A stretch of 63,703 bases of DNA, filler included, from Bigelowiella natans CCMP2755 (lineage: Eukaryota > Protista > Cercozoa): NCBI GenBank assembly GCA_000320545.1. It is 6 parts of 6 records of this genome, joined end to end, with 100 filler letters (N's around TTAATTAATTAA, not from the genome) between each part and the next. Parts side by side here need not be neighbours in the genome. Positions count along the whole stretch, not along the records: positions 1 to 11,113 come from ADNK01001852.1; positions 11,214 to 18,127 come from ADNK01000840.1; 4 more parts are not named here. The stretch is one strand, 5' to 3'. The position numbers were made by a program, and so were the translations under genes. Shown here in pieces: positions 1 to 12,767 of this stretch. The notes under the pieces are model-generated. The model saw only the letters and a list, made by a program, of their open reading frames with translations, did no database searches and had not been told where the DNA came from. Every line of letters begins with the position of its first letter. The first letter of the stretch is position 1.

Positions 1-34
1 ACACATAAATCGTTTCTGGGTCCTCCTGATCTAG

Positions 35-279
35 GGGCAAATGAATTTTACGGAGACGTACGACGTGAAGGGGGTGGAGGAGAAAGTCACGGAATGCTCC
101 AAGTGTGTAGCAGTAGTAGTAGAAGTTAGTAGCCTTGTGTGCTTCTCCTACTGCTGTGTTACTGCTGCGTGTTGGTCGTGGTTGATGGCGTTGTGGATGA
201 TCACGGTGTTGGTTGATGATGATGATGCCGATTCTGCCTAAGTTGGTGGGATCCCGATCATGGATTCGAATCAGTGTTA

Positions 280-322
<43 letters not shown>

Positions 323-391
323 ACCTCTCTTCCGCTCATAGCCGTCGCCGTTTGAGCGTCGTCGTTCTATTATCACTGTCAAATATGTATC

Positions 392-432
<41 letters not shown>

Positions 433-605
433 TGGTATGCGTATATCCTCATCACCTGGTGATTGTCGCAGGTACTTGGCTCTCCTGACCTTGCACTCGA
501 TCACGGACCTCTTCAACTGTGCGAAGGTGCCGGTCAATCGGAAGAACACATATGCGCGGCGCGCGCGTGTATATTTTGCATATTATTAATGTATATGTGT
601 AAATA

Positions 606-683
<78 letters not shown>

Positions 684-1271
684 GAGAGAGGGAGAGAGAG
701 AGAGAGGAATCATTTCTGCTCACAAACATACGATGAGCTCGATATTTTGTAATGAGTGTACACGTCATCTTTCTCCATTTCTCTATTGCTCTTGCTCTTG
801 CTCTTGCTCTGGCGCCCTCATCGTCCATTCCCCTCCCCTCCCCCCCCCTTCTGCTCCTACATAGGATATCATGAACTGGCTTGGGGAGAGCGCATCCTTA
901 ATCACGTCGCTGAATCTTCCCGTCTCCTGGGTAGTAGTAGTAGTAGTAGTAGCTTTAGTATCTGTAATAGCAGCACGACACGCCCCCCGTCCCCCCCCCC
1001 CCTCCGCTCCCTCCATCATCACATACTCGGCCGATCGAGAGGCGCAAAGAAAACAGCACAAGCAGGAGGAACTCATGCCATATGTTCCCTGATTATTCTT
1101 CTCGTCCTCCTCCTCCGGTGTATACTACGATAGGTGACCCCCATGGGCCTTCCCGTGGTGCAACCCTACCGTCGCCCACATCATAAAACAAATCAAACGA
1201 AGAACCGAATGAATGAAGGGGGGGGTTGGGGGGGGGGGGGGGGGTTCTCGTTAAGGATATGAAGACACGCA

Positions 1272-1319
<48 letters not shown>

Positions 1320-2326
1320 CACACCTTTCGATCCCTGCTGCTGCTGCTGCAAAGGTGACGCTCTTGGACTTGGGGGATCAACTTCCCGTTCACAATACGC
1401 GGCACAGGTAGGAGCAGGGCCGTGCGGTTTGTACCGCTACTCCCCGAACCCTCAGTTGTTTGCTGCTGCTCCTTCCTCCCCCCGCCATACGCTCGTTGGT
1501 TCTTGCGCGTGGAAAAACAAATCTAATCCAAACTCAGATCCGCGTTCCCCCCCAACTTCGTCCACTCGCTCGACTCGACGCACATGCTGCTTACCGCCAT
1601 CCAGTGCAAGTGCGACGCACATGATAGCCTTGTTTGTTTGATGAGCTGTGGTGACGATGCGGCCCCCTTTTCCCCATCAGAGACATATGTATACGAGACT
1701 ATATCCGCGGGAGTCATCATCGTCATCATCGCCGTCATCGTCGCCGTCACTTTTCTAAATCGCGCGCTATGATATTCCTGACGTCTGCCAACATGCCTAG
1801 GGAGAGGGGCGGGGGGAGAGAGAGAGAGAGATGTGCGTGGTGATTCCTACAAACTCAACCATCCCCACTATGTACGTTTACTGCCTACACTCCAGGAAAG
1901 AGGGCATTACTTACGCGTCTGTTCACGATAGCTACTGGACACATCCAGGTTGCAAGGAGAGAGGAGAGAGGATACGGGGGGGGGCGGTGGGGGGGAGGAG
2001 GAGGAGGAGGAGGAAAAGGATGAGCGGGATGAAACACATCTTGCAGCAGGATGGATGAGTGTATAATTTTGATGGGTTTTGACGGCCGCACGACCGCCGG
2101 TCGGGACGGCGTCTGATTGAGGTCTTTTTCTTCTTCTCCTTCTTCTTCTCGCTGAATTATCTTTCTGGTTTTTCTCTTTCCCGGCCGGCCGCGTGCCCCC
2201 CCGTACTTGTGTTGTTACTGCTGCTGCTGCTGCTGCTGCTGCAGGGACAATGGACAAGATGAACAAGATCCTCCGAGATGAGTTTATAGGCCTTTATGAA
2301 AGGTGGTGTGCGTATCATGCGAGAGG

Positions 2327-2361
<35 letters not shown>

Positions 2362-2739
2362 TGTGTTTGACAAGTAGTAAGAGGGAGGATAATATCAACG
2401 ACATGTGCTGCGAGAGGAAGATGGCGGTATCTGTTTGAATTGCATTTTGTGTGAGTTGGTGTACAAACACGTTTTCTCCTGCCCCCCCCCCCGCATCTCT
2501 CTTCTCGCATATGTACACACAAAAGGCCCATTCTAGAGGAGCTTGCTCATTCATTCGAACGCCGCTTCCCCGAAATCGAGTTCCCCCCGGTAATAAATAA
2601 AATAACGACACAGTAAGGATTGTTGTTAAATGTGGACGTGTACTTGATATCAACCGCGAGAAACCCTCCTAATCAGGTCCCCGCGCGTGGAAATCTAGAC
2701 CTTCAGCTTGTCAGAGAATCTAAATACTTCTTCGCGTGA
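35..2739 (+). CDS. POLRMT: Single-subunit T3/T7-like organellar (mitochondrial) DNA-directed RNA polymerase, C-terminal exons (5' part outside window)
   Basis: Spliced exons give [115 protein letters not shown]. These contain the PNFxHSLD and VHDS (motif C) signatures and the C-terminal YFF of phage-type RNAPs. Introns are GT-AG. Confidence 0.95.
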
Positions 2740-3105
2740 TTAGTGCCTTTCTGCGTACAGGCAGCGCACAAACAGTTTGATTGTTCACTTGCTTCCTTAT
2801 CATTCTGTGTGTATGTCTTGTGAAGACTTACTCGCTTATAGGCTCTGATAAACCTGTTTTAGTGAAATAGTTGGGTTAGTATTGTCCGGTGCTGGGCTGG
2901 TATGCAAACAATGGAGACAACGGCGTTTGTACTATGTTAGCTAGCTATGTGTTTAAGTATCGTGTACACATGTAGATGTAGCATGCATGTACAACGCTGT
3001 TATACTGTACGTCACTCACACACGCAGCGTATAACTTGTGACCACTGTCGCTCATCGCGACTCGATGCAGCTTTGCATCTATCTAGGTATGCACACGTAC
3101 GTAAG

Positions 3106-3230
3106 ACGGATGTAATCAATCAAATTATTAAATTTGTTCAACGGTCATATCCTCATGCTTGTAGCTGTGCAATGCTAGAATACAATCGCGCAGCGCTACA
3201 GCGCTGATGAATCTGTTGGATTCGGCATTG
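3106..3230 (-). mobile_element. Decayed copy of the non-LTR retroelement 3' end also seen at 44241
   Basis: gacggatgtaat..attaaatttgttcaacggtca..tagctgtgcaatgc..gctacagcgct aligns by eye to 44243-44318, with small insertions. Confidence 0.7.
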
Positions 3231-4079
3231 AGGTGTACGCTATGCTAGTATGTCTAGTATGCGTCACATGCGCATGCATGCGCAACTCATCATCATTGCA
3301 TTGCATGTCATACATCTGCTACGTATACGTGCGTGTGCGCTGTGTCGCACATATGCGTCTAGATGTGACTCGCCTTTTGGCGAATTTGTACCGCGTGTAG
3401 ATGACATTGATGATGCGCGCGACGCGAATAAAGTAGGTTCGATTGATGGCGGGCGACTATGTGTACTAGTAGCATAGCTGATCGATCGATGTAGGCAGCG
3501 CGGCATCATGCGCATGCGCGACGTGTATGCAGCACCGGGAAAAACTGCACCGCAATTAACAGACGACATCATGCTAGCTAGCTAACAATGGCTAGTAGCA
3601 GCATCCCGCCATGACTGATCACATAGACGGCCGGCTACATCGCGGCGCGCGAATCTGTTCGATCGTGATGCCACGCGTACCGACAATGTATACGAAGACA
3701 CTATGTAGATCGACATCGTTACAAGCTACACAAGCGATACGTACATGCCAGTGCTTGTGCGGCATCGCAGATCGGAAATTTGCCAAGCATGTCGCCACGA
3801 TCATGCAATGCTAGCATGCTACTTCGTCCTGCTGACTGCGACTACATACATGTATGCGTATGTTCCGCATGCTATGACAGCCCATCATCATACGCATCAT
3901 GTAGTGTGTGATGTGAGAGAGAGAGAGAGAGAGAAAGAGAGCGATGCCCGAGCACACGAGAAACAGATGGTAAGGGAGGATATCAGAAAAATGAAGGGAA
4001 GAAGAGAACTGGAGAGGGACAGAGAAGGCACACAATCTCATGCCAGCCAGAAGAAGGGAGAAAAGTAGGAGTGAGAGGG

Positions 4080-4123
<44 letters not shown>

Positions 4124-4356
4124 CTCAGATGTGTATGATCGAATAGGGGAGTGAGGTTTTCATTATCTTCAGGCAGGACAGGAGGACGGACGGATGAATA
4201 GTTTCAATGGTGGAATTACATTTAAATCATAATCAACGTGTGGCCGGGTCCACATGCAAGAACACGCTGCGCTGATGATGTATGGGCGCAGCGGAGAGGC
4301 CGAGGCGACAGCCAGTGCCGCCCCGTCACCCGTGTCCTCCGTTCTCCGCTAATTAA

Positions 4357-5695
4357 TTAATATTCCGTTGGAGGGAAGAGGAACTCGACTTGCTTGTTTG
4401 TCAATGCCTTGTACACGGTGCCGAAGGTCTTGAGCTTATCGTCAACGTCCTTCACATCCTTAGGGTCAAGGTACACCTTGAGGATCTTCTTTCCGTCGAT
4501 CTTGCAGATCGTGCGCTTGCCGACGATTTGTGTGGGGTAGACGATGTCTTCCAGGATGGCCTCGTGAACGGCAGTAAGCGTTCTGCTACGAGGGCGGAGC
4601 TGTCCCTTGCTCTTGCGGATGTACTGGAAAATGAACATCAAGTTCGTCAGGTAATCATCCATTTTGACGTAGGGAGGGCTTCGTGTTTCAAACGAAGGCT
4701 CCCAAAAACGATACCGAGTTGATAGGGGAAGATCTAATCTCTTTACTATCTCTCTCTCATGCTAAGCCATGATCTAAGCCAAGTGACTCAAGCATCCTCG
4801 CTGTCCATTTAAATATCGGATTTCCTCCTCACCCGCCCCCTCTTTTCTTTTCCTATTGCTTCTAAATCCTCTCCATTTCTCGCTTATTCAGCTTATTTTT
4901 CTAGGTGTTCGATGTGGAGGGTGATCATGATCAATTCTTTCACTCACCGATTTGCTAAGGACGGTGCGCTGTGCAATGAAGAGCACGTGCTTGTCGTTGA
5001 ATTTCTTCTCAAGCTCGCGAGTCAGGCGGCTTTGGATGTCCTTGAACTTCTTGTGTAGAGGGTAAGGAACGAAAACGAGAAGGGCGGAACGCTTGTCCTC
5101 GAGCTGCACCTCCTTGACGGAGCTTATGTACAGGGACTTGAGCTCAGCAGACAGGTCCTAATTGATTGATTGATGATGTTCCGATTTCAGAGATGCTTCG
5201 ACGTGCGTGGTGGTAGCGCAAGCTTGATCTACAAATTATATTATTTACCTTGCTGGTCTCCTCCAAGTCAAGAATTGCGCTTGCCACGCGCTCTTCGAGC
5301 TGGGTGGGCATAAGGTCGCCCTTCTTCACAATCTTTCTCTGCGAAATGAAAATCGATCGATTAGCAAGCTGCAGCGCGTACATACATTCACTACACATTT
5401 CCCAAGGACTAAGAAAGCTGGCAGAGATCACGCAAATCATTTTCATCTCTCTCCCTTCATCCCAAGCATCGTTCCGCTCAAAACCAAACCCCATCCCGTG
5501 AAGGGTGCTGCCATTACATTCATCGTTGTGTATTATGTCCGCGATGGATAATTCACCGACCCGATAAATTAACTTGCCCAAATTCCCCGAATATGGAACG
5601 GCAGTTCAGAATTCTTAATTGAAGTCGGCGATCTCCGTGTTCAATCATGCCCAAATACCGGAACAAAAATCAACGTAAATACTTGCCGTAGCCAT
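4357..5695 (-). CDS. RPS7: 40S ribosomal protein S7 (eS7), about 4 exons
   Basis: [23 protein letters not shown]/..[86 protein letters not shown] are eS7 signatures. Confidence 0.97.
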
Positions 5696-6169
5696 TCGAT
5701 GCAGAGGAGTTTTCAGCAAGTTCTTCCGTCCTTCGTTTCAGGATATATTCAAGAGAGTTGAAGGTTATGAGGATGCCTTATTTTCGAAATACTGGGAAAT
5801 AAGGGTTTTTTTTTCCCATATTTTAGTTTATTTGTTACATGAGACAAAGAATGATAATTACTCTTTAGTCTTATCTCCCTGGAAACAAAGGGCTCCATAC
5901 CAACAAATTTCTAAAAAACGCAAAGTCTCCAAATAATATAGGATAATAATATACAGCGACTATTAATAATGCAAGTTAAAAGCAAATATGCCACTCACAT
6001 TGAAAATTTGCGAAACAACTTCCTCTGAACAACGGAGGTTGGGAGAACGGTATTAAAAACATGACTGAATTTATTGATACGACATACTCTTCAGAAGAAT
6101 AATATTCATATTGGCCTATATTTTCGAAATTTTCGGCAAACTGTGACGTCCCAGTTTCTGAACTTTAGA

Positions 6170-7898
6170 ATGGCGGGCGGGTGGCTCCCCCATGGCATGG
6201 GGAGGAGGCACTCGGAGAGGGGTCATCCCGTTGATGGAGGACAAAAGGAGGAATATTCTTTAAGATTAATTTCCTCTTATGGGACATTCAAGAAACAGAA
6301 AGCGAAGTGTAGAAACAAGGGTATGAAAGTAGAAACCGAAGTTCCAAAGGAGATCGAATTTACGGATAAAGTGTATTTGTGGAGCGGAGCTGGTATCCTC
6401 CTGGTAAGTAAGGCAACACCGCTTAGAACTGATGATTTTAATATTTTCTCTCTGCACTAAAGCACACTCTTAGCTTGATCCGCCCAGAAACTGAGAAGTG
6501 GGAAGTAAATGGGATTTTAACGGGAGCATGTTTCCTGAGAACAAATACATTTTATTTTCAAGTTACCTCAAGAGTTAGCACCTTCATCAACTATATCTAA
6601 ACACATTCTCAGGGAATTCTTCTACTTGGTCTATCTTACAGCCCGATACCCGCAGGTTTCGAATCTATTCTAGTTCAAATGAAGGAGTCCGTTAACTTTA
6701 ATATACTTTTACAGGCTTAAAGTCGCCCGTCCGTGATATACGAAGTCACATAATTTCAAGGGACGATTTTGTTCGCGCATCACAAGAAATCCATCGTCAG
6801 GTAAATAGAAGTGTCTTGAACCAGACGGGAAATTATCCGATAATGAAGGCTTGTGCCTCTCAACTTCTGTGATGTGTTTTGAAAACCTTGTTCTTTTTTT
6901 TTTCACACCAAATCTCAGTACTATAGAGACGATGTTGAGGAACGAGGCTGCTGTTTTGCGATTGGGTATGGTTCGTTGATGAAACCATGCTGTTTAGAAA
7001 TACTAGATGGGGAGATTAGCCGTAATAAGTGTGAGGCAAATCAAAGGCTCGGTGGGGCGACCGGATGGAATGAAAGATCATGCCCTTCAAGCGCAGATGA
7101 AGCCGCCAAGTTATTGAAACGTAGAAAAAGTTCAGACGTCTCTGTTATAATAGAGACTGAAAAAGTCCCTTCGAAAACCATATTTGCGATCGAAAAGACG
7201 CGCAACGGCGACCATGAGGGTGAAGGTTGCTGCTTTACGATCGGTTTTGGCGCTCAGATGGAGCCCTGTTGTTTAGAAGTATTAAATGAAAAGGTTAGTC
7301 GCAGCAAATGCGAGGAAAGTAAGAGGCTCGGTGCAGCAACTGGATGGAGCGCAAGTACCTGCCCCGCAAGTGCGCTTGAAGGCGCCCAAATTGTGAAGCA
7401 GCAGAGAAAAACTGCTATTCGAGTAGGAACAGACGATAGAACCTACAGTAAGGAGGGTTCTAGCGGAAAGGGAAGCACGTGGGTAATGTCATCGACATCA
7501 CCGATGCCGTTGTCATCATCATCATCATCATCATTATCGTCGTCGTCTATACCGACGAATACGATATGGGACAGATAGTAGTCTCAATAGCTTCCGGTCT
7601 CAAAATGTTGTTTGTCACAAATTGGGTTCTTCCGTGAGTTGAAACAAGTTTGAGAAGTCTCAATCCTGTGTTTCTTCTCGACAGGCGACGCCATTATTTC
7701 TTCTTCCCGCATTTTTTTTTTTTACTGTTGCAAGAAAGTGTGTCTCAGTCATCATCATCGTCCCCGTCTCCTCGATGTTACAATGCACTGGGAAATCTCA
7801 TCGTATTCACACAAATTAGTACGATGCCTACACCTTTTGATTTGCTTAGAAGGCAGAGCAAAAGGGTAGGGTCATTAGACTATCACCGTTCCAAGTGA
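6170..7898 (+). CDS. Hypothetical type II membrane protein with two tandem 6-Cys repeats
   Basis: Exons join in frame: hydrophobic VYLWSGAGILL/GILLLGLSY, then GCCFAIGYGSLMKPCCL..C..RLGGATGW..CP and GCCFTIGFGAQMEPCCL..C..RLGAATGW..CP. The 3' end is uncertain. Confidence 0.65.
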
Positions 7899-8823
7899 TT
7901 ATACTCTAGGAAAAAATAACCTCCCTCCCCTCATCGTCGATAAAATTGAGTGCAAGTAGGACTGGCACGAATGTGCCAGATTCCAGTTCTCACGTTAAAA
8001 CATATACATATGTTAGCAAAAAAGGCGAACCGGCCACCCCTAGCCACTCAAATCGCAAAGTATTTACTCTTCACGCGTCACAGTGGTGGATAGAAAGTGT
8101 TCATATATTAGTATTTTATTGTTAACCACATAGCATAGTAATCATAAAGTGTGCACCTGCTCCATGTAAGGTTGCATTTATACCATACGATAGTCTTATT
8201 TTCACCTCTCTGTTGTCCGCCATGTGAGATACATCAGCCTTGCTAGCTTGTGGCACATCGATCTGTACCTAATGTTGTGATGGTGTGTTATAGCATAAAT
8301 GAGGCAATCGCATGTGTTTCAGACTTGCTTAGCTATCTAGACATTACATGAGATCCGATCCATTATACCATGGCTACATTGTCATGATCACACTTTACAC
8401 ATACATGATCTCGTACACGTACACGTCTGCGCAGGTTTCATGTGTGTAACATATAAGTCGTATATGCATACGCTTTGCTTCGAGGCTTGTAGTAGCATTG
8501 TGGAGCATGAGCATTGGCCACATAGCTAGATAGCCTAGCATATATAGCTACAAAGCTAGATAGCTATAGGGTATAGTCCCTATGTAGCATATGTAAGCAT
8601 AGTCAGATGATTCTGCGTATGCGCTGGTCAGAACATGCAACACTGTGCATTTCATTGTTCCGCACGTCTAGTCGTGCGAGATCGGCTGCGCGCCGCATGT
8701 ACACAGCAGCATCGCAGCACTGATCGAATAGACCTTCTATCCTAGCCGTAGTGATATGAGGCGGTTGTGGGACGCCGCGCAGGCCATTTCCAGCATTTCT
8801 AGATTTGCTCAGTCATCAGATGG

Positions 8824-8877
8824 CATACTTCCCTGCAGATTTAATCAATTCATTACATCCGTCTCATACTTCCCTGC
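8824..8877 (+). mobile_element. 28-bp retroelement 3' terminus flanked by a 13-bp target-site duplication
   Basis: catacttccctgc (8824-8836) + agatttaatcaattcattacatccgtct + catacttccctgc (8865-8877). The insert matches the reverse complement of 44242-44266. Confidence 0.7.
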
Positions 8878-9307
8878 TATAGACTCTACCGATCGCCTAG
8901 GTCTCTAGATGTGCTCCAGGCTGCACGTAACACTGCTCATCACGCACATACATAGCACCATACTAGACTCGACATGACTAGCTGAACTAGCTAGCTCAGC
9001 TTCGCGACAATTATAGCCATGTGTGCACTGGGCACATCACAATCCACTGCGCATGCATGTGCACGAATGCCACGTCTTTTGCTTTGTGGTGTACAAGCGA
9101 GACTATCCACTTACTGGAGCCTGTCGCATGGGGTGGGCATGGCGCTGTCGTTGGGATTGATAGCGGTCGTGTTTTGTTTAAGTTGAATAATGAACAGATG
9201 GTCCTTCAGTGTAACATGCAAAGTGTGCGGCAGATAGAATCCGATTGCTGTCTTGAAAAGTGCTCAGGTGATGAGTGACGACAAAACGGCATTCCCAGTT
9301 GGCTACA

Positions 9308-9786
9308 TCAGGAGAACATTGCCTCAAAATCGTCGTTTCGCATTCCCTGAATAAGTCGTTTCAAAACAGCACACACGCGCACACAGGTACACAATGTGTG
9401 TGTGTGTGTGTGCGTGCGTGCGTGCGTGTGTGTGTGTGTGTGTGTGTTACCATAAATACATGCACATGACATTCACTTTGAAAGCGTCGAGGTGATGGGG
9501 AACAGGTTGTTACGTAATTCTATTACGATGCGCTTGCTATTACCGGCTTGACAAATCCGGAGACACGACGATGATTGATACCGTTAGAACTCGACGACAT
9601 TATGTCCAGCACATCCCTGATGTTAAGAGCAGATCATTAGTCAGCACACATCCGTGAAGATTGAGTTGTTATTCATTTGTAAGTTGCAGGTAGGTACCTA
9701 TCGGGTAGCGTGAGTAGATCGTCGTTTTCACTGAATAAATGCACATTGACAATATTAACAGAATATAAACAACATATAAAGTGAAA

Positions 9787-9828
<42 letters not shown>

Positions 9829-10063
9829 TACATGTGTGCGTAAATTTGTGTGGTATGTGCCCAAAAAAGATTCCATGCGAATTGTGCGTAAATTGGTCAA
9901 TCTTTTTTAAATCCTCCTCCTCCTCCCCCTCATATTCTTTTCTCATCGGCTTCACATATTGCATTTTGAACCAGTAGCTGTTCCATACTATAGTGACGCG
10001 ACCAAAAAACAAAATGAAGCTCCGCCAATCCCGACCTCGAGATTGGCGGCTATAAATCGCCGG

Positions 10064-10097
<34 letters not shown>

Positions 10098-10270
10098 AAT
10101 GATAATTTGTGCGTCACTGATATTTTCTGTGTGCTGCAAGGGAGTTCCCCGATGGAAAAAAGCGGCAATTCATTTACCTTCCTAGCCCTGCGTGCTTCTG
10201 CGATCGATCCCCAAAAAACAAAAATACAATCCCAAAATTAAATCAAACCATTCGTATCTATAAAGTACCA

Positions 10271-10324
<54 letters not shown>

Positions 10325-10556
10325 CACCTCTCTATCAATACAGTCCGTGCTACTACCTACCCCTACCTACCCACCTCGAATATATCCGTCAGCTTCGACG
10401 TTGATCTCTTGTGGGTCTCTTTCTTTCCTAACAGTTTCAGGCCCGATAATCAATAAAGAGATAAAGATATCTGCAGCAACACTGTCTTTTTGGATTCGAA
10501 TACAGAGGCGGATGTGAAGCATCGCGTGTCATTTGGTGCTATTAAAATTATAAATG

Positions 10557-10599
<43 letters not shown>

Positions 10600-10678
10600 A
10601 GTGGGGGAGGAGGGGGAAGCGGGTGGTGATAAATTTACTTTAACCCAAAATACACGCATGAGCACATAAACACACACA

Positions 10679-10728
<50 letters not shown>

Positions 10729-11020
10729 ACATTTTGTCATTTCACTGAAAATAAAAGAAAACTTCAAATATAACTACTAGAGAGCCGAATGCGGACTTCA
10801 CCTTTTTCCTTCTTTTGGGACGGTGGCTGCCTCACCACTTCCTCCTCCTCATTTCCCGCCTTTTCCTCCGTGAGCGTAGCTACCTCTCCCTCCTTCACCG
10901 ACACAAGGATGGGCTTGTTCGCCCCCCTCCCTACTCCACCTACACGCACCCTCGGCAGCCGTTTGGATGGCGGTCTGCCCATGGTAATATTTGTTGAAGG
11001 GCGGTTCAACCTGAGCCTGT
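9308..11020 (-). CDS. Hypothetical protein, C-terminal exons (truncated by linker)
   Basis: GT-AG bounded exons, e.g. RLNRPSTNITMGRPP..QKKEK, ENDDLLTLPDR, DVLDIMSSSSNGINHRRVSGFVKP, GMRNDDFEAMFS*. No recognisable domain. Confidence 0.5.
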
Positions 11021-11022
11021 GA

Positions 11023-11075
<53 letters not shown>

Positions 11076-11113
11076 TGGTAAGAACGACAACGATACGAGG
11101 TGATCATGAAGGT

Positions 11114-11213
11114 NNNNNNNNNNNNNNNNNNNNNNNNNNNNNNNNNNNNNNNNNNNNTTAATTAATTAANNNNNNNNNNNNNNNNNNNNNNNNNNNNNNN
11201 NNNNNNNNNNNNN
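11114..11213. other. Artificial contig linker (44N-TTAATTAATTAA-44N)
   Basis: An identical 100-nt six-frame-stop linker occurs five times, and genes are truncated on both sides. Confidence 0.97.
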
Positions 11214-11314
11214 CTACTACTATTACTATTACTCTTACTACTGCTACGTCGTCGTTGTCATTGATCTGATCATCATCATCAGCATCTTCATCATCACTAC
11301 TAACCGATGATCAG

Positions 11315-12657
11315 GGTATAAGGTTTAACAAGTCCCTCGAGTTCCTCGATATCTCCTACAATCGCATTCAGGTACTATGAGCACTGGCAAGTATTTATAC
11401 CAATACCTAATATTTTTATTTTCACTATTTGTAGTAGCCGTCATCGTGGTTGTCGTAATAGTAGTAGTAGTAGTATATGTAGACGAAGGAGTAGAAAATA
11501 CGCACTAGGCAGAGGAGCAGGCTGAGAGAATGGCCAATACAAACACATAGTCTGCCCGTCGAAGTCGTCAGCTAACCCTACCCTCCCCTCCCCCCCCCCC
11601 TCTCCCCTCCCATCCCATATATTCGCCTCTCCTGCAGAACGAGGGGATGAGCCATCTCGTGGGGTCGTTAGAGAGGAACTTCACGCTCAAGCGGCTGTTG
11701 GTCAGAAAGCGCGATCACCAGGGCAGCATTCAGAGCGAGAAGGAGCGAGAGATGAAAGAGTACGACGTGCTGCTGTACCCTGCTGCTGTGTTTCATATAT
11801 AACGTTTTGTGGTAGTAGCTGTAGCAGTAGTAATAGTAGTAGTAGAACGGAGCGATGTGCTCAATACCTCTGCCCCTTCTTCTTTCCAGGTATCTGCAGA
11901 GAAACATCAACGAGGACATAAAGGAGATGAAAATAGCTCTCCTCATGGGTCATCGATAATTGATAAGTAGCAGTGAGCAGGAGAAGGGGTGATGACAATT
12001 GGTCATGGTGCAGCCCAAAGAGTGTTGTGAACAATGCTCGTAGGAAGAAAGACTACTGTACGCAAGGAGAGTTTGCTGTCACGCTCCCCCCCACACGCTA
12101 TAATAATAATGATGATGATGGAGAGTGAAAGGAGGCCCTCGCATGATTTTGATGTTGCTTTCCTCCCCCCCCCCCCACCCCTCCCCTCGCACATACCCCA
12201 ACTCCTGCGCAGGTGCACACGAAAAGTATGGGCAGGAGAGCGCTCTGCACAAGGGATTGCAGCAGACGAAGTCTCTCGCTGACCTCCGGCCGCTCAAGTA
12301 CAACAACACGCTGTCACCGCTGCGACACCACCAACCACGCCCCACAGATGGGCCAAGTTCATTTTTTTTAGAGCAAAAGTTTTTCATGTACGCGTTCCTG
12401 GAGCATGCGACAAATGCGATCATCATCGTCGTCACCATCTGCCTCTCTTCCCTACTCCTTCTCCTATACTACTGTTGCTGCTGCTGCTGCCGCTACATCT
12501 ATCCTCTCAGGCACGTGTGGGAATTCGTATGGGACCTGGGAGGAGGCGAAAAGCCGGCAGCGACTGCACCCTACTCTATAGCAGGTAGGGCATGCACCTC
12601 AATGAGTGATGACTTGTACATGCTATGCACACCTTCAAAATAATCCACCACGTGTGC

Positions 12658-12699
<42 letters not shown>

Positions 12700-12767
12700 A
12701 TGTATTTGTGCGTTTATAATTTGTTTTGTACATTAGCATTTCACCGGTCACGTTCGAAATCGTAGCC
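11315..12767 (+). CDS. Leucine-rich repeat (RNI-like) protein, C-terminal exons
   Basis: GIRFNKSLEFLDISYNRIQ/NEGMSHLVGSLERNFTLKRLL.. matches the RNI-like NxxLxxLxLxxNxI pattern. Downstream in-phase exons: EYLQRN..ALLMG/AHEKYGQES../HVWEFVW. Confidence 0.75.

Noticed and set aside
1168-1353. Apparent missing specificity-loop residues in the RNA polymerase
   Set aside because: The region has a G-run and a (CA)n tract, so an exon end was probably collapsed in assembly or missed by me.
35-2739. Phage or virus T7-like polymerase insertion
   Set aside because: It has many spliceosomal introns and eukaryote-type motifs ([11 protein letters not shown]), so it is an ordinary nuclear-encoded organellar RNAP.
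11114-11213. Recurrent palindromic TTAATTAATTAA motif as a biological site
   Set aside because: It is always centred in exactly 88 Ns and is a six-frame-stop assembly linker, so gene neighbourhoods across it are meaningless.
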